Shown: in pieces, positions 1 to 9,833 of the stretch
How the letters are laid out: every line of letters starts with the position of its first letter
Position numbering within the stretch: the stretch's first letter is position 1
From: Terriglobia bacterium
GTDB taxonomy: Bacteria > Acidobacteriota > Polarisedimenticolia > Polarisedimenticolales > JAIQFR01
Assembly: GCA_963748015.1 (NCBI GenBank)
Contig: CAVVHE010000004.1
Span: 800,001-864,000, forward strand
Reading direction: 5' to 3'
Length of the DNA: 64,000 nucleotides
Notes under the pieces: model-generated
Seen by the model: only the letters and a program-made list of their open reading frames with translations
What the model was told of the DNA's origin: nothing
The model's database searches: none
Program-made: the position numbers and the translations under genes

Positions 1-2
1 TT

Positions 3-959
3 CTGCAGAATTGCGCGTCGGTGGCCACCATGGCCCACGCGCCGTTCATCGCGGCGGCGGGCGCGGAGTTCTTCGGCGAGAAGGACTTCCTCAAGTTCCC
101 CAACCTGAAGGACCTGCACTCGATCTTCGAGGGGCCGCAATACGCGAAGTGGCGGAGCTTCCGCGAGTCCGAGGACGCGAGATCGGTCGCGCTCGCGATG
201 CCGCGCTTCCTGCTCCGCCTGCCGTACGGCAAGGAAACGGTCCCAGTCAAGGCGTTCGACTACGAGGAGACCGCGTCGGGCAACCACGAGAACTACCTGT
301 GGGGCAACGCGGCATTCGCTTTCGCCACCCGCCTGACCGACAGCTTCGCGAAATACAGGTTCTGCGCGAACATCATCGGTCCCTCGGGAGGAGGCGCCGT
401 GGAGGATCTCCCCGTTCACACCTTCGAGTCCATGGGGGAGATCGAGGCCAAGATCCCGACCGAGATCCTGCTCACGGAGCGGCGGGAGTTCGAGCTGGCC
501 GAAGAGGGGTTCGTCGGCTTGACGATGCGGAAGGGGAGCGACAACGCCTGCTTCTTCTCCGCCAACTCCTGCCAGAAGCCGAAGACCTTCGGCCAGTCGA
601 AGGAGGGGAAGACGGCCGAGGCGAACTACAAGCTCGGCACGCGGCTTCCGTACCTGTTCATCGTCAACCGCATGGCGCACTATCTCAAGGTGCTCCAGCG
701 GGAGGAGATCGGGAGCACGAAGTCGAGGGTGGACCTCGAGAAAGAGCTCAACCAGTGGATCGGCCAATACGTCCTCGACATGGACCATGCCGACGCGGCG
801 TCCTACGCGCGAAGGCCACTGAGGAAGGCCGAGGTGACGGTGGAGGACGTCGAGGGCGAGCCGGGGTGGTACAAGGTCGGCCTCAAGGTGGTGCCGCACT
901 TCAAGTACGAGGGAGCGTTCTTCGAGTTGTCTCTGGTCGGAAAACTGGACAAGAAATAG
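3..959 (+). CDS. tssC: T6SS contractile sheath large subunit TssC/VipB (5'-truncated by window edge)
   Basis: Frame open from base 3 (LQNCASVATMAHAPFI); motifs KWRSFRESEDAR, RFLLRLPYG, YLWGNAAF, GGAVEDLP, RLPYLF, ELSLVGKLD; upstream of hcp. Confidence 0.96.
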   Translation: MQNCASVATMAHAPFIAAAGAEFFGEKDFLKFPNLKDLHSIFEGPQYAKWRSFRESEDARSVALAMPRFLLRLPYGKETVPVKAFDYEETASGNHENYLWGNAAFAFATRLTDSFAKYRFCANIIGPSGGGAVEDLPVHTFESMGEIEAKIPTEILLTERREFELAEEGFVGLTMRKGSDNACFFSANSCQKPKTFGQSKEGKTAEANYKLGTRLPYLFIVNRMAHYLKVLQREEIGSTKSRVDLEKELNQWIGQYVLDMDHADAASYARRPLRKAEVTVEDVEGEPGWYKVGLKVVPHFKYEGAFFELSLVGKLDKK

Positions 960-1028
960 GGCGCCGCGGAGCGGCGGCTGCGGACTTGCTCTGCGGCCGT
1001 CCTCCCCGGGGCCCGAGGAGGATGAGCC

Positions 1029-1508
1029 ATGGCCTACGAGTTCTACATCACGATCGAAGGGACGAAGCAGGGGAAATTCAAGGGCGAGAGCATCCGGGAC
1101 AAGCACAAGGAAAAGATGGAAGGCCTGGCGTTCGACTGGAAGGTCCAGTCCCCGCGCGACATCGCCACCGGGCAGGCGTCGGGCAAGCGGCAGCACATGC
1201 CGATCAAGATCACGAAGGAGTGGGGGGGCGCCTCCCCGCAGATCTTCCACGCCCTGTGCACCAACGAGGTGCTCAAGTCCGTGCTCTTCGAGTTCATCCG
1301 GACCACCGCGGAGGGAGCCGAGGAGATCCACCACACCATCAAGCTCACGAACGCCACGATCTCCGAGCTGCACCCGTTCATCGGGATGGCGAAGCACGAG
1401 GAGAGGACGGACGTCCACGAGCTCGAGGAAGTCTCTTTCACCTACCAGAAGATCGAGATCGAGAACAAGATCGCCAAGACGATGGCGGTCGACGACTGGA
1501 CGAAGTGA
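1029..1508 (+). CDS. hcp: T6SS tube protein Hcp/TssD
   Basis: 159 aa; IEGTKQGKFKGES, PRDIATGQASGKRQHMPIKITKEWG, EEVSFTYQKIE; GGAGG RBS. Confidence 0.96.
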   Translation: MAYEFYITIEGTKQGKFKGESIRDKHKEKMEGLAFDWKVQSPRDIATGQASGKRQHMPIKITKEWGGASPQIFHALCTNEVLKSVLFEFIRTTAEGAEEIHHTIKLTNATISELHPFIGMAKHEERTDVHELEEVSFTYQKIEIENKIAKTMAVDDWTK

Positions 1509-1513
1509 AGGCT

Positions 1514-1552
1514 GCGGGGGGGCGCGCGGCGAGCGCGCTGCGCCACCCCCGC
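1514..1552 (+). terminator. GC-rich hairpin after hcp (possible mRNA stabiliser or weak terminator; no U-tract)
   Basis: gcggggg-ggcgc ... gcgcc-a-cccccgc inverted repeat a few bases after the hcp stop. Confidence 0.35.
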
Positions 1553-1578
1553 CGGAAACTCCTGGGGACGGGTGTTTC

Positions 1579-1992
1579 TTGAGCGAGAAATCGCTGCTGG
1601 AACGGCTGCGCCGGCCGGACGCCGCGGCGCAGCGGCGCGGCGAGGACAGCCTGCAGGACATGGCGGATTCGATCCTCCGACATCTGCAGCGCATGCTGAA
1701 CACGCGCCAGGGAAACGCGCCGACGGTTCCGGACTACGGCGTTCCGGACCTGACGGAGCTGGCGCGGGGCTTCCCGGCGTCCTCCTCGACGCTCGAAGAG
1801 AGCCTCCGGGCGTGCGTCGAGAAGTACGAGCCCCGGCTGCGTGAGGTGACGGTCCGCTACAAGGAGTCGCCCGACGACGTCCTCAGCCTGTCGTTCGAGG
1901 TCACGGGCCGCCTGGTCGTGCACGGCGAGGAAGCCGGCGTCTGGTTTCTGACCAAGATCGATCCGGAGGGCCGGGTCGACGTGAAGGGCTAG
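1579..1992 (+). CDS. tssE: T6SS baseplate subunit TssE (gp25-like)
   Basis: 137 aa, TTG start; SLLERL, HLQRMLNTRQG, PDYGVPD, KYEPRL. Confidence 0.93.
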   Translation: MSEKSLLERLRRPDAAAQRRGEDSLQDMADSILRHLQRMLNTRQGNAPTVPDYGVPDLTELARGFPASSSTLEESLRACVEKYEPRLREVTVRYKESPDDVLSLSFEVTGRLVVHGEEAGVWFLTKIDPEGRVDVKG

Positions 1993-1997
1993 GACGG

Positions 1998-3758
1998 GTG
2001 TTCAACAAGTACTACGAGGACGAGCTGGCCTTCCTCCGGGAGCTCGGGGCGGAGTTCTCCCGCGCCAACCCCGCGGCCGCCCCTTACCTCGCGGAGCGCG
2101 CGGCCGATCCGGACGTGGAACGCCTGCTCGAGGGGTTCGCGTTCCTCACGGGGAAGCTGAGGCAGAAACTCGACGACGAGCTCCCCGAGCTGATCCAGAG
2201 CGTCATGCAGCTCCTCTGGCCGCACTACCTCCGGCCGGTGCCCCCCCTCACCCTCCTCCAATTCGACGCGCAGCCGCACATGGTGCGCGAGCCGCAGCTG
2301 ATCCCGAGAGGTACCGAGGTCGATTCGGTTCCGGTCGAGGGGACTCCCTGCCGCTTCCGCACCTGCGGAGACGTGCGCCTGCTTCCCCTGACCCTCGAGA
2401 CGGCCGAGGCCGAGCGCCCCGCGGGATCGGCGGGGCATCTCCGGCTCCAGTTCCGGGTGTCGCAGGGTGCGAAGGCGGAGGCCCTCGACCTCGGAAAGCT
2501 CCGCCTGTTCCTGCACGGCGAGCCGACGACGACCTACGCCCTGTTCCTCCAGCTCACGCGTCGGCTGAAGGAGATCGTCGTCGCGCCGGTGGGTGTGAGC
2601 GGGAGGCAGGTCACGCTCCCTCCGGATTCTCTGAAAGCGGGTGGCTTCGGCGAGGAGGACGCGCTGATTCCCTACCCGCCGCACGCGTTTCCCGGTTATC
2701 GTCTCCTGCAGGAATACTTCGCGCTTCCCCAGAAGTTCCTGTTCCTCGAAATCGACGGGCTGCCCCGTCTCGGCGCGCTGGGGGCCACCGACGCGTTCGA
2801 GGTCCGCTTCGTGTTCTCCCGGCCGCCGGAGTCGCCGCTGCGGCTCGGGACGGAGGTCATCCGCCTCCACTGCGTCCCCGCGGTCAATCTCTTCGAGGTG
2901 GACTCGGACCCGATCCGGGTGGATCACCACAAGGTCGAGTACCTGATCCGGCCGTCGGGGATCAACCCCGCGCACGCGGAGGTCTTTTCCATCGACGGCG
3001 TGAAGGGCTGGGTGAGGGGTACCGTGGAGCCGCGGGCCTACCCGTCCTTTTATTCCTTCCGCCACGGCACGGAGAACGCCGCAGCGACCGGGACCGTTTT
3101 CTACCACAGCAGGATCCGGCCGTCCGTCGTCGGAAGAGGCGTGGACACCTACGCGTCCTTCGTGACCGCCGAGCAGAAGCAGGCGATTCCACCGACCGAA
3201 ACGGTCGTGATGAGCCTGACCTGCACGAACCGACATCTCCCCGCCGCGCTGCGCATCGGGGACGTCAGCCGCGCTACGAGCAGCTCCCCGCAGTTCGCGC
3301 AGTTCCGGAACATCGCGCCGGTTTCCGCCAGCATTCCTCCGCCGCTCGGCGGCGAGCTGCACTGGCGGCTGATCTCGAATCTCTCCCTCAACTACCTGTC
3401 GCTCGCGAGCGTCGAGGGGCTGCGGACCCTCCTTGCGGTCTACAACTTCCCGGCGCTGCAGGACCGGGTGGCGGCTCGCGAGGGAGAGCTTCGTCTCGCG
3501 GGGATACAGAACTTGCGGACGTCGGCGGAGGAGAGGCTCTTGAGGGGCTCGCCGGTCCGCGGATGCCGAATCGAGATCGACATGAAGGAGGACCACTTCG
3601 CCGGCGAAGGAGAGATGGTCCTGTTCGCCGGCGTGCTGCACGAGTTCCTCTCGCTCTACTGCACCGTCAACTCCTTCGTGCACCTGGTGGTGCGCGGGGT
3701 GCAGCACGGAGAGACCTACGAATGGAACCCGAGGATGGGGCGGCTGAGCCTGGTCTGA
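1998..3758 (+). CDS. tssF: T6SS baseplate subunit TssF
   Basis: 586 aa; YYEDELAFLRE, DPDVERLLEGFAFLTG, GYRLLQEYFALPQKF, WRLISNLSLNYLSL. Confidence 0.96.
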   Translation: MFNKYYEDELAFLRELGAEFSRANPAAAPYLAERAADPDVERLLEGFAFLTGKLRQKLDDELPELIQSVMQLLWPHYLRPVPPLTLLQFDAQPHMVREPQLIPRGTEVDSVPVEGTPCRFRTCGDVRLLPLTLETAEAERPAGSAGHLRLQFRVSQGAKAEALDLGKLRLFLHGEPTTTYALFLQLTRRLKEIVVAPVGVSGRQVTLPPDSLKAGGFGEEDALIPYPPHAFPGYRLLQEYFALPQKFLFLEIDGLPRLGALGATDAFEVRFVFSRPPESPLRLGTEVIRLHCVPAVNLFEVDSDPIRVDHHKVEYLIRPSGINPAHAEVFSIDGVKGWVRGTVEPRAYPSFYSFRHGTENAAATGTVFYHSRIRPSVVGRGVDTYASFVTAEQKQAIPPTETVVMSLTCTNRHLPAALRIGDVSRATSSSPQFAQFRNIAPVSASIPPPLGGELHWRLISNLSLNYLSLASVEGLRTLLAVYNFPALQDRVAAREGELRLAGIQNLRTSAEERLLRGSPVRGCRIEIDMKEDHFAGEGEMVLFAGVLHEFLSLYCTVNSFVHLVVRGVQHGETYEWNPRMGRLSLV

Positions 3759-4765
3759 TGCAGCGGCTCCTCCAGGAGGCGCCGCGATTCTCTTTCTTCC
3801 AGGCGGTCCAGCTGCTGGAACGAGCCCGACCGGACGCGCCCAGGGTGGGTGGCGTCGGGCCGGCTTCGCGCGAGGCGCTGCGTTTCCGTCCGACCCTTTC
3901 GCTCGCGTTCCCCGGCTCGGACGTCGCTTCGATCACGGTCACGGAGGGGCCGTCCGGCGATCCACGCTATCAGGTGGAGACGACGTTCCTCGGCCTCTAC
4001 GGCACCGTCTCGCCGCTCCCCAACTACTTCACCGAAGAGATGCTCCACGAGGTCGAGGAAGACTCGCTGGTCCGTGGCGTACTGGATCTGTTCCATCACC
4101 GGCTGGTGTCGCTCTTCTACCGTTGCTGGGAGAAGTACCGCTACGAGGTCCAGTTCCTGAGGGGTGCGGGCGACCGCTTCTCGAGCCGGATGCTCTGCCT
4201 GATGGGCCTCGGCGTGTCCATGCCGCCCCAAGGGGCTTCGGTGCCCACGATGCGATTGCTGCGCTTCGCGGGGCTACTCGGCCGCACTTCATGCTCCGGT
4301 GCCGCGCTCGAGAGGGCGATCTCGGACTTCTTCGACGGTCTCGAGACCTCGGTGATCCAGTGCGTCGCGCGCTGGGTGCGGATTCCTCCCGGTGACCGAA
4401 CGCGGCTCGGGACGGCCGGGAGCCGGCTGGGTGTCGACGCCCATGCGGGCGAGGAAGTGCTGGATCGCGCCGGGAAGTTCCGGATCCGGCTCGGGGCCGT
4501 CGGACTCGAGGCGTTCCTCGAGTTCCTGCCCGGCGCCATCGCTTTCCGGCAGCTCGACGAGCTGGCGCGGCTGTTCGTCAGGGACCGGCTGCAGTACGAG
4601 ACGGAGGTCGTGCTGAGGAGGGAGGAGGTGCCGGACCTCCTGCTCAGCGAGGGCGGCACGCCGGTCCGCCTCGGACAGACCACTTGGCTCGGGAAGCCCA
4701 GCCGGGACCCGAGCGTCGTTTTTGAGGAGCCGTCACGCCGGAACGACGCCGTCGCGGCGGCGTGA
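3722..4765 (+). CDS. tssG: T6SS baseplate subunit TssG
   Basis: FSFFQAVQLLE, FLGLYGTVSPLPNYFTE, LDLFHHRL, RLGQTTWLG; start at 3722 (overlapping tssF) or 3758. Confidence 0.94.
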   Translation: MEPEDGAAEPGLMQRLLQEAPRFSFFQAVQLLERARPDAPRVGGVGPASREALRFRPTLSLAFPGSDVASITVTEGPSGDPRYQVETTFLGLYGTVSPLPNYFTEEMLHEVEEDSLVRGVLDLFHHRLVSLFYRCWEKYRYEVQFLRGAGDRFSSRMLCLMGLGVSMPPQGASVPTMRLLRFAGLLGRTSCSGAALERAISDFFDGLETSVIQCVARWVRIPPGDRTRLGTAGSRLGVDAHAGEEVLDRAGKFRIRLGAVGLEAFLEFLPGAIAFRQLDELARLFVRDRLQYETEVVLRREEVPDLLLSEGGTPVRLGQTTWLGKPSRDPSVVFEEPSRRNDAVAAA

Positions 4766-4799
4766 GAGGAGCGGCGCGGCCGCGGAGGAGCATGCGACC

Positions 4800-7520
4800 A
4801 TGACGAAGATCGAGATCAAGCCCCTGTTCCAGCGACTCAACGGCTTCTGCACCCGGTCGCTGGAAGGTGCGGCGGGCCTCTGTATCTCCCGCGGGCACTA
4901 CGAGGTGACGGTCGAGCACGTCCTGCTGAGGATGCTCGACGATCCCGCGGCGGACCCGGCGCTGATCCTCCTCCACTTCGAGGCCGACGTCGCGAAGGTG
5001 CAGCGCTCGCTGCAGCGCGCGGTGGAGGCCTTGCGGTCGGGCAACGCGGGGAAGCCCGTCTTCTCTCCCGTGCTCATCGAGTGGATCAAGGACGGCTGGC
5101 TCGTGGCGTCGATCGAGTGGGGCCTGCCCGAGATCCGGTCGGCCGCCCTCGTCGCGGTCCTCGCCGGTGACCCCGGGAAGTTCCTCGCGGACGATCACCC
5201 GGAGCTGGGCAAGGTCCGCCCGGAGGAGCTGGCGCGCTCCTACATGGACATCGTGGCGGGCTCGCCGGAGGAGGTCTCGCTGCGTCGAGCGGAAGATCGC
5301 GCGGCGGCGCCGGCGGGGGCGGGGAGCGCGCCGGGAGCCGTCGGGGGGGCGCTCGCGCGCTTCGCGACGAATTTCACGGCCGCCGCCAAGGCGGGCAAGG
5401 TGGATCCGGTATTCGGCCGCGATCGCGAGATTCGCCAGGCCATCGACATTCTCGCCCGCCGGCGGAAGAACAACCCGATCGTCGTCGGAGAGGCGGGGGT
5501 AGGGAAGACGGCGATCGTGGAGGGGCTCGCGCTGAGGATCGCCGAGGGAGACGTCCCCGACTTCCTGAAGAACGTGGACATCTGGGGACTCGACATGGGG
5601 CTCCTGCAGGCTGGCGCCGGCGTGAAGGGAGAGTTCGAGAGCCGGCTCAAGGGGGTCATCGACGAGGTCAAGGCGAACACCAAGGGGATCATCCTTTTCA
5701 TCGACGAGGCGCACACGCTCGTCGGCGCGGGCGGCGCGGCGGGAATGGGGGATGCGGCGAACCTCCTGAAGCCCGCGCTGGCTCGCGGCGAGATGCGGAC
5801 CATCGGTGCGACGACCTGGATGGAGTACAAGAAGTACTTCGAGGAGGACCCCGCTCTGGCCCGGAGGTTCCAGCCCGTCAAGGTCGACGAGCCGTCGGCC
5901 GCCGACGCGGCGATCATGTTGCGCGGCCTCAAGGAAAAGTACGAAAAGTTCTACGACGGGATCGAGGTGCGAGACGACGCGGTGGAGGCTGCCGCGACGC
6001 TCTCGGCACGGTACATCCCGGGACGCCAGCTTCCCGACAAGGCGGTGGACCTCCTCGACACGTCCGCGGCGCGCGTGAAGATCGGCCTGACCACGAAGCC
6101 CGGCTTCATGGAGGACATCCTGCGCAAGATCCAGGCGATGGAGCGCGAGACGGCCGCGGTGGAGCGGGACCGCGACGGCGGGACCCCCGTGAACGAGGAG
6201 CACGCGGCCGAGCTGGCCGCTTCGCTCGAGGCGGCGCGCGCGGATCTCGCGGCGAAGGAAACGGCCTGGAAGAAGGAGAAGGACGCGGTCGAGCGGGTGA
6301 TCGATCTCAGGAAGCGCTTAGGCGCCTCCAAGAAAGGGATCCCGGCCGCGGCTCCGCCGGACGGCGCCGCCGAGGGGGCTCCGGCGCCCGCTTCACCCGC
6401 CTCCCTCGGGGCGCTGAAGGTCGAGCTCGAGTCGGCCCTCAACGAGGTGAAGGCCATCCAGGGGAAGACGCCGGTCGTGCACCTCGACGTCAGTCCGGAG
6501 GTGGTCGCTTCCGTGGTGGAGAACTGGACCGGCATCCCGGTGGGGAAGATGGTAGGCGACGAGGCCACCGCGGTCCTCACGCTGGGCCAGCGTCTCAAGG
6601 AGCGGATCAGGGGGCAGGATCACGCCATCGACTCCATTTCCGAGGCGCTCAAGGCTGCCAAGGCGGGCGTGCAGGATCCGAACAAGCCCATGGGGGTGTT
6701 CCTGCTGGCGGGTCCCAGCGGCGTCGGCAAGACGGAGACCGCGCTCGCCGTGGCCGACCTGCTCTTCGGCGGCGAGAAGTTCATGGTCACGATCAACATG
6801 TCGGAGTACCAGGACCGCGAGATGGGGGTCTCGGGCCTGGTGGGGGCCAAGCCGGGGTACGTCGGGTACGGAAAGGGAGGCACGCTGACCGAGGCGGTCC
6901 GGCAGCGCCCGTATTCGGTCGTCCTCCTGGACGAGATCGAGAAGGCCTGCCAGGAAGTGCGAAACTTGTTCTTCCAGGTCTTCGACAAGGGAGACCTGAC
7001 CGACGGCACGGGACGCAGCATCGATTTCAAGAACACGGTGATCTTCATCGCGACGAATCTGGCTTCCGACACGATCCAGCAGATGTGCGCCGCGGGCCCG
7101 GCTCCGGATCCGAAGGAGATCCTGGACGGTATCCGGCCGGCGCTCAGCAAGGCTCTGCAGCCTGCCTGGCTGGCGCGAACGACCGTCGTTCCCTATCTCT
7201 CCCTCGGGCCCGATGCGCTGCGGGAGATCGCGAAGCTCAAGGTGCGCAAGGTCGGCAAGAGGCTCCTCGAGAGCCACCGCATGTCCTTCGAGTACGACCC
7301 CAAGGTCGTCGACCGCATCGTGGACCGCTGCACCGAGGTCGAGACCGGGGCCAGGAACATCGACTACATCCTCCAGGGATCCCTCCTGCCGCGAATCTCG
7401 ACGGAGCTCCTCACGCGCATGGCGGAGGGAGCGGTACCCGAGGCGCTCCGGCTGGGCGTTGGGCCGGAGGGAGAGTTCACATTGGACTTCTCGGGGGCGG
7501 GGCGCGCCGCCGCGAGGTAG
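4800..7520 (+). CDS. tssH: T6SS AAA+ ATPase TssH/ClpV
   Basis: Two Walker A motifs (GEAGVGKT, GPSGVGKT), ILARRRKNNPI, ClpV-type N-terminus (SRGHYEVTVEH); ATG 4800 preceded by GGAGG. Confidence 0.96.
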   Translation: MTKIEIKPLFQRLNGFCTRSLEGAAGLCISRGHYEVTVEHVLLRMLDDPAADPALILLHFEADVAKVQRSLQRAVEALRSGNAGKPVFSPVLIEWIKDGWLVASIEWGLPEIRSAALVAVLAGDPGKFLADDHPELGKVRPEELARSYMDIVAGSPEEVSLRRAEDRAAAPAGAGSAPGAVGGALARFATNFTAAAKAGKVDPVFGRDREIRQAIDILARRRKNNPIVVGEAGVGKTAIVEGLALRIAEGDVPDFLKNVDIWGLDMGLLQAGAGVKGEFESRLKGVIDEVKANTKGIILFIDEAHTLVGAGGAAGMGDAANLLKPALARGEMRTIGATTWMEYKKYFEEDPALARRFQPVKVDEPSAADAAIMLRGLKEKYEKFYDGIEVRDDAVEAAATLSARYIPGRQLPDKAVDLLDTSAARVKIGLTTKPGFMEDILRKIQAMERETAAVERDRDGGTPVNEEHAAELAASLEAARADLAAKETAWKKEKDAVERVIDLRKRLGASKKGIPAAAPPDGAAEGAPAPASPASLGALKVELESALNEVKAIQGKTPVVHLDVSPEVVASVVENWTGIPVGKMVGDEATAVLTLGQRLKERIRGQDHAIDSISEALKAAKAGVQDPNKPMGVFLLAGPSGVGKTETALAVADLLFGGEKFMVTINMSEYQDREMGVSGLVGAKPGYVGYGKGGTLTEAVRQRPYSVVLLDEIEKACQEVRNLFFQVFDKGDLTDGTGRSIDFKNTVIFIATNLASDTIQQMCAAGPAPDPKEILDGIRPALSKALQPAWLARTTVVPYLSLGPDALREIAKLKVRKVGKRLLESHRMSFEYDPKVVDRIVDRCTEVETGARNIDYILQGSLLPRISTELLTRMAEGAVPEALRLGVGPEGEFTLDFSGAGRAAAR

Positions 7521-7526
7521 CTGGCC

Positions 7527-9800
7527 ATGGCTTTGATCCGCTCCGGGCAGGTCGCGGACTACGTCTTCCAGGTCGCGGGAGGGTCCGCGGAGAAATTTCG
7601 TGTCGCCGCCTTCAAGGGAACGGAGGCGATGTCCGAGCCGTTCCTGTTCCGCCTCGAGCTGGTCTCGACGGACCGGGGCGTCGACTTCGCGACGGTGGTG
7701 GGCCAGGAAGCGACACTGACGATCTCGGCGCCCAAGGGGAAGAGGTGGGTGCACGGGATGGTCTCGCGCTTCGCGGCCGTGGCGGCGGGCGACCGGTTCG
7801 TCACCTACGAGGCCGAGCTTGTGCCGACGGTGTGGCGCCTCTCGCGACGCGCGGACTGCCGGATCTTTCAGGGAAAGTCGGTGCCGGACATCGTCAAGAG
7901 CGTCATCGAGGGCGCGGGCGTCCCCGCGAGCCGCATGAAGCTCTCGCTTCAGGCGACGTATCCCCCGCGGGATTACTGCGTGCAGTATCGCGAGACCGAT
8001 CTGGACTTCGTGTCCCGCCTCCTCGAGGAAGAGGGGATCTTCTACTGGTTCGAGCACACGGCGAGCGACGACGTGATGGTCATGGCCGACGTCAAGGACG
8101 CCGGGGTCGCGCTAGCGGGCGGCGCGGAGATTCCCTTCAGTCCGCCGGGTGGGATGATCGAGGAGAAGGAGCACGTCAGCGAATTCCGTCTCGCCCAGGA
8201 GGTGCGCTCCGGGAAGGCCACCCTCCGGGACTACAACCACGAGAAGCCCACGCTGGACCTCGAGGTGCACGGGCAGGCGGACAAGGAGCTGGACCTCGAG
8301 GTGTACGACTATCCCGGCGATTACGCGGACACCGGCGAGGGGAAACGACTGGTCGCGGCCCGCCTGGACGCGCTGCGCGCGAAGCGCGCGCTCGGAACGG
8401 GCGCGAGCGCGGTGCGCCGACTCCTCCCGGGCTTCCGTTTCAAGATGTCGGGGCACTGGCATTCGGGGCTGAACCAGGAGTACCTCCTGATTCGAGTGGA
8501 GCACGAGGGCTCTCAACCTCAGGTTCGCGAGGACGAGGCCGCCGGGGGGAAGGGCCCGCTGTACGCCAATACGTTCCGGTGCATCCCGTCCGCGACGGTG
8601 TTCCGGCCCGAATGCCGCACGCCGCGCCCCGTGATCGTCGGTGCGCAGACGGCGACCGTGGTGGGCCCGCAGGGGGAGGAGATCTACACCGACGACCAGG
8701 GCCGGGTGAAGGTCCAGTTCCCGTGGGACCGCCAGGGGCAGTGGGACGACAAGAGCTCCTGCTGGATCCGGGTGAGCCAGGAGTGGGCGGGCAAGGGGTG
8801 GGGGGCCACGATCCTGCCGAGGATCGGGCACGAGGTGCTGGTGACGTTCATCGAGGGGGACCCGGACCGCCCGATGGTCACCGGGAGGGTGTACAACGCC
8901 GTCAACGTTCCGCCGTACCCTCTCCCCGGCGAGAAGACCAAGAGCACCTTGAAGAGCGACTCCTCGAAGGGAGGAGGGAACTTCAACGAGATCCGCCTCG
9001 AGGACCTCGCGGGCTCCGAGCAGGTGTTCGTTCACGCCGCGAAGGACATGGACGTACGCGTGCTGAACGACCGCCGCGAGTGGGTCAAGAACGACCGGAG
9101 CCTCATCGTGAAGCGGGACCGGCTCGCGAGCGTGGAGAGGGACGATCACGCGACGGTGGGGCGCGACCTCGTGGAGGAGGTCAAGAGGGACCACCACGTC
9201 AAGGTCACGGGCAAGCAGGCGCAGGAAGTCGGCGGATCGACGTCCCTCAAGGTGAAAGGGGACCGGATCGAGGTCGTGGACGGCGCCTACTCCGTGAAGG
9301 TCACCGGGGATCTCGTCGTCAAGGGAACCAAGATCGTCCTCGACGCGAGCTCTGGGATCACGCTCAAGGTCGGCGGGAACTTCCTGACGGTCGACCCGAG
9401 CGGGGTGGCGATCAAGGGGACGCTCGTCCAGCTCAACAGCGGCGGATCGGCGCTCTCGGGGAGCCCGGGCTCCCCGGTGTCCCCGGTAGCGCCGCAGGCA
9501 CCGGTGGAGGCGGCGACCGCGGAGCCCGGGAAGCAGCCGCAGGCCCGGAGCGCGTCGCCGACACACGCGCCACAGTCCTCGGCCAACCAGCAGAAGAAGA
9601 ACTACATCGAGATCGAGATGAAGGACGACGAGGGGAACCCGATGGGCGGTCTGCGGTACGCCGTGGTGCTTCCCGACGGCTCGACGGTCGCGGACGGCAC
9701 CCTCGACGAGAAGGGGTACGCCAAGGTCGAGAACATCGATCCGGGGCAGTGCAAGGTCACCTTCCCGGACCTCCACGGCGATGCCTGGGATAATGCCTGA
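7527..9800 (+). CDS. vgrG: T6SS spike VgrG/TssI with C-terminal Pro/Ala linker and transthyretin-like domain
   Basis: 757 aa; YCVQYRETDLDFVSRLLEEEGI, GRVKVQFPWDR, SCWIRVSQ, PRIGHEV, FNEIRLED; gp5-like beta-helix repeats; tail NYIEIEMKDDEGNP...GTLDEKG. Confidence 0.97.
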   Translation: MALIRSGQVADYVFQVAGGSAEKFRVAAFKGTEAMSEPFLFRLELVSTDRGVDFATVVGQEATLTISAPKGKRWVHGMVSRFAAVAAGDRFVTYEAELVPTVWRLSRRADCRIFQGKSVPDIVKSVIEGAGVPASRMKLSLQATYPPRDYCVQYRETDLDFVSRLLEEEGIFYWFEHTASDDVMVMADVKDAGVALAGGAEIPFSPPGGMIEEKEHVSEFRLAQEVRSGKATLRDYNHEKPTLDLEVHGQADKELDLEVYDYPGDYADTGEGKRLVAARLDALRAKRALGTGASAVRRLLPGFRFKMSGHWHSGLNQEYLLIRVEHEGSQPQVREDEAAGGKGPLYANTFRCIPSATVFRPECRTPRPVIVGAQTATVVGPQGEEIYTDDQGRVKVQFPWDRQGQWDDKSSCWIRVSQEWAGKGWGATILPRIGHEVLVTFIEGDPDRPMVTGRVYNAVNVPPYPLPGEKTKSTLKSDSSKGGGNFNEIRLEDLAGSEQVFVHAAKDMDVRVLNDRREWVKNDRSLIVKRDRLASVERDDHATVGRDLVEEVKRDHHVKVTGKQAQEVGGSTSLKVKGDRIEVVDGAYSVKVTGDLVVKGTKIVLDASSGITLKVGGNFLTVDPSGVAIKGTLVQLNSGGSALSGSPGSPVSPVAPQAPVEAATAEPGKQPQARSASPTHAPQSSANQQKKNYIEIEMKDDEGNPMGGLRYAVVLPDGSTVADGTLDEKGYAKVENIDPGQCKVTFPDLHGDAWDNA

Positions 9801-9833
9801 TCGCCGGGACCGCGCTGCGGGAGGCGGAACGCG

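Noticed and set aside
9040..9440. Short periodic repeats in vgrG
   Set aside because: Ordinary gp5-like beta-helix repeats.
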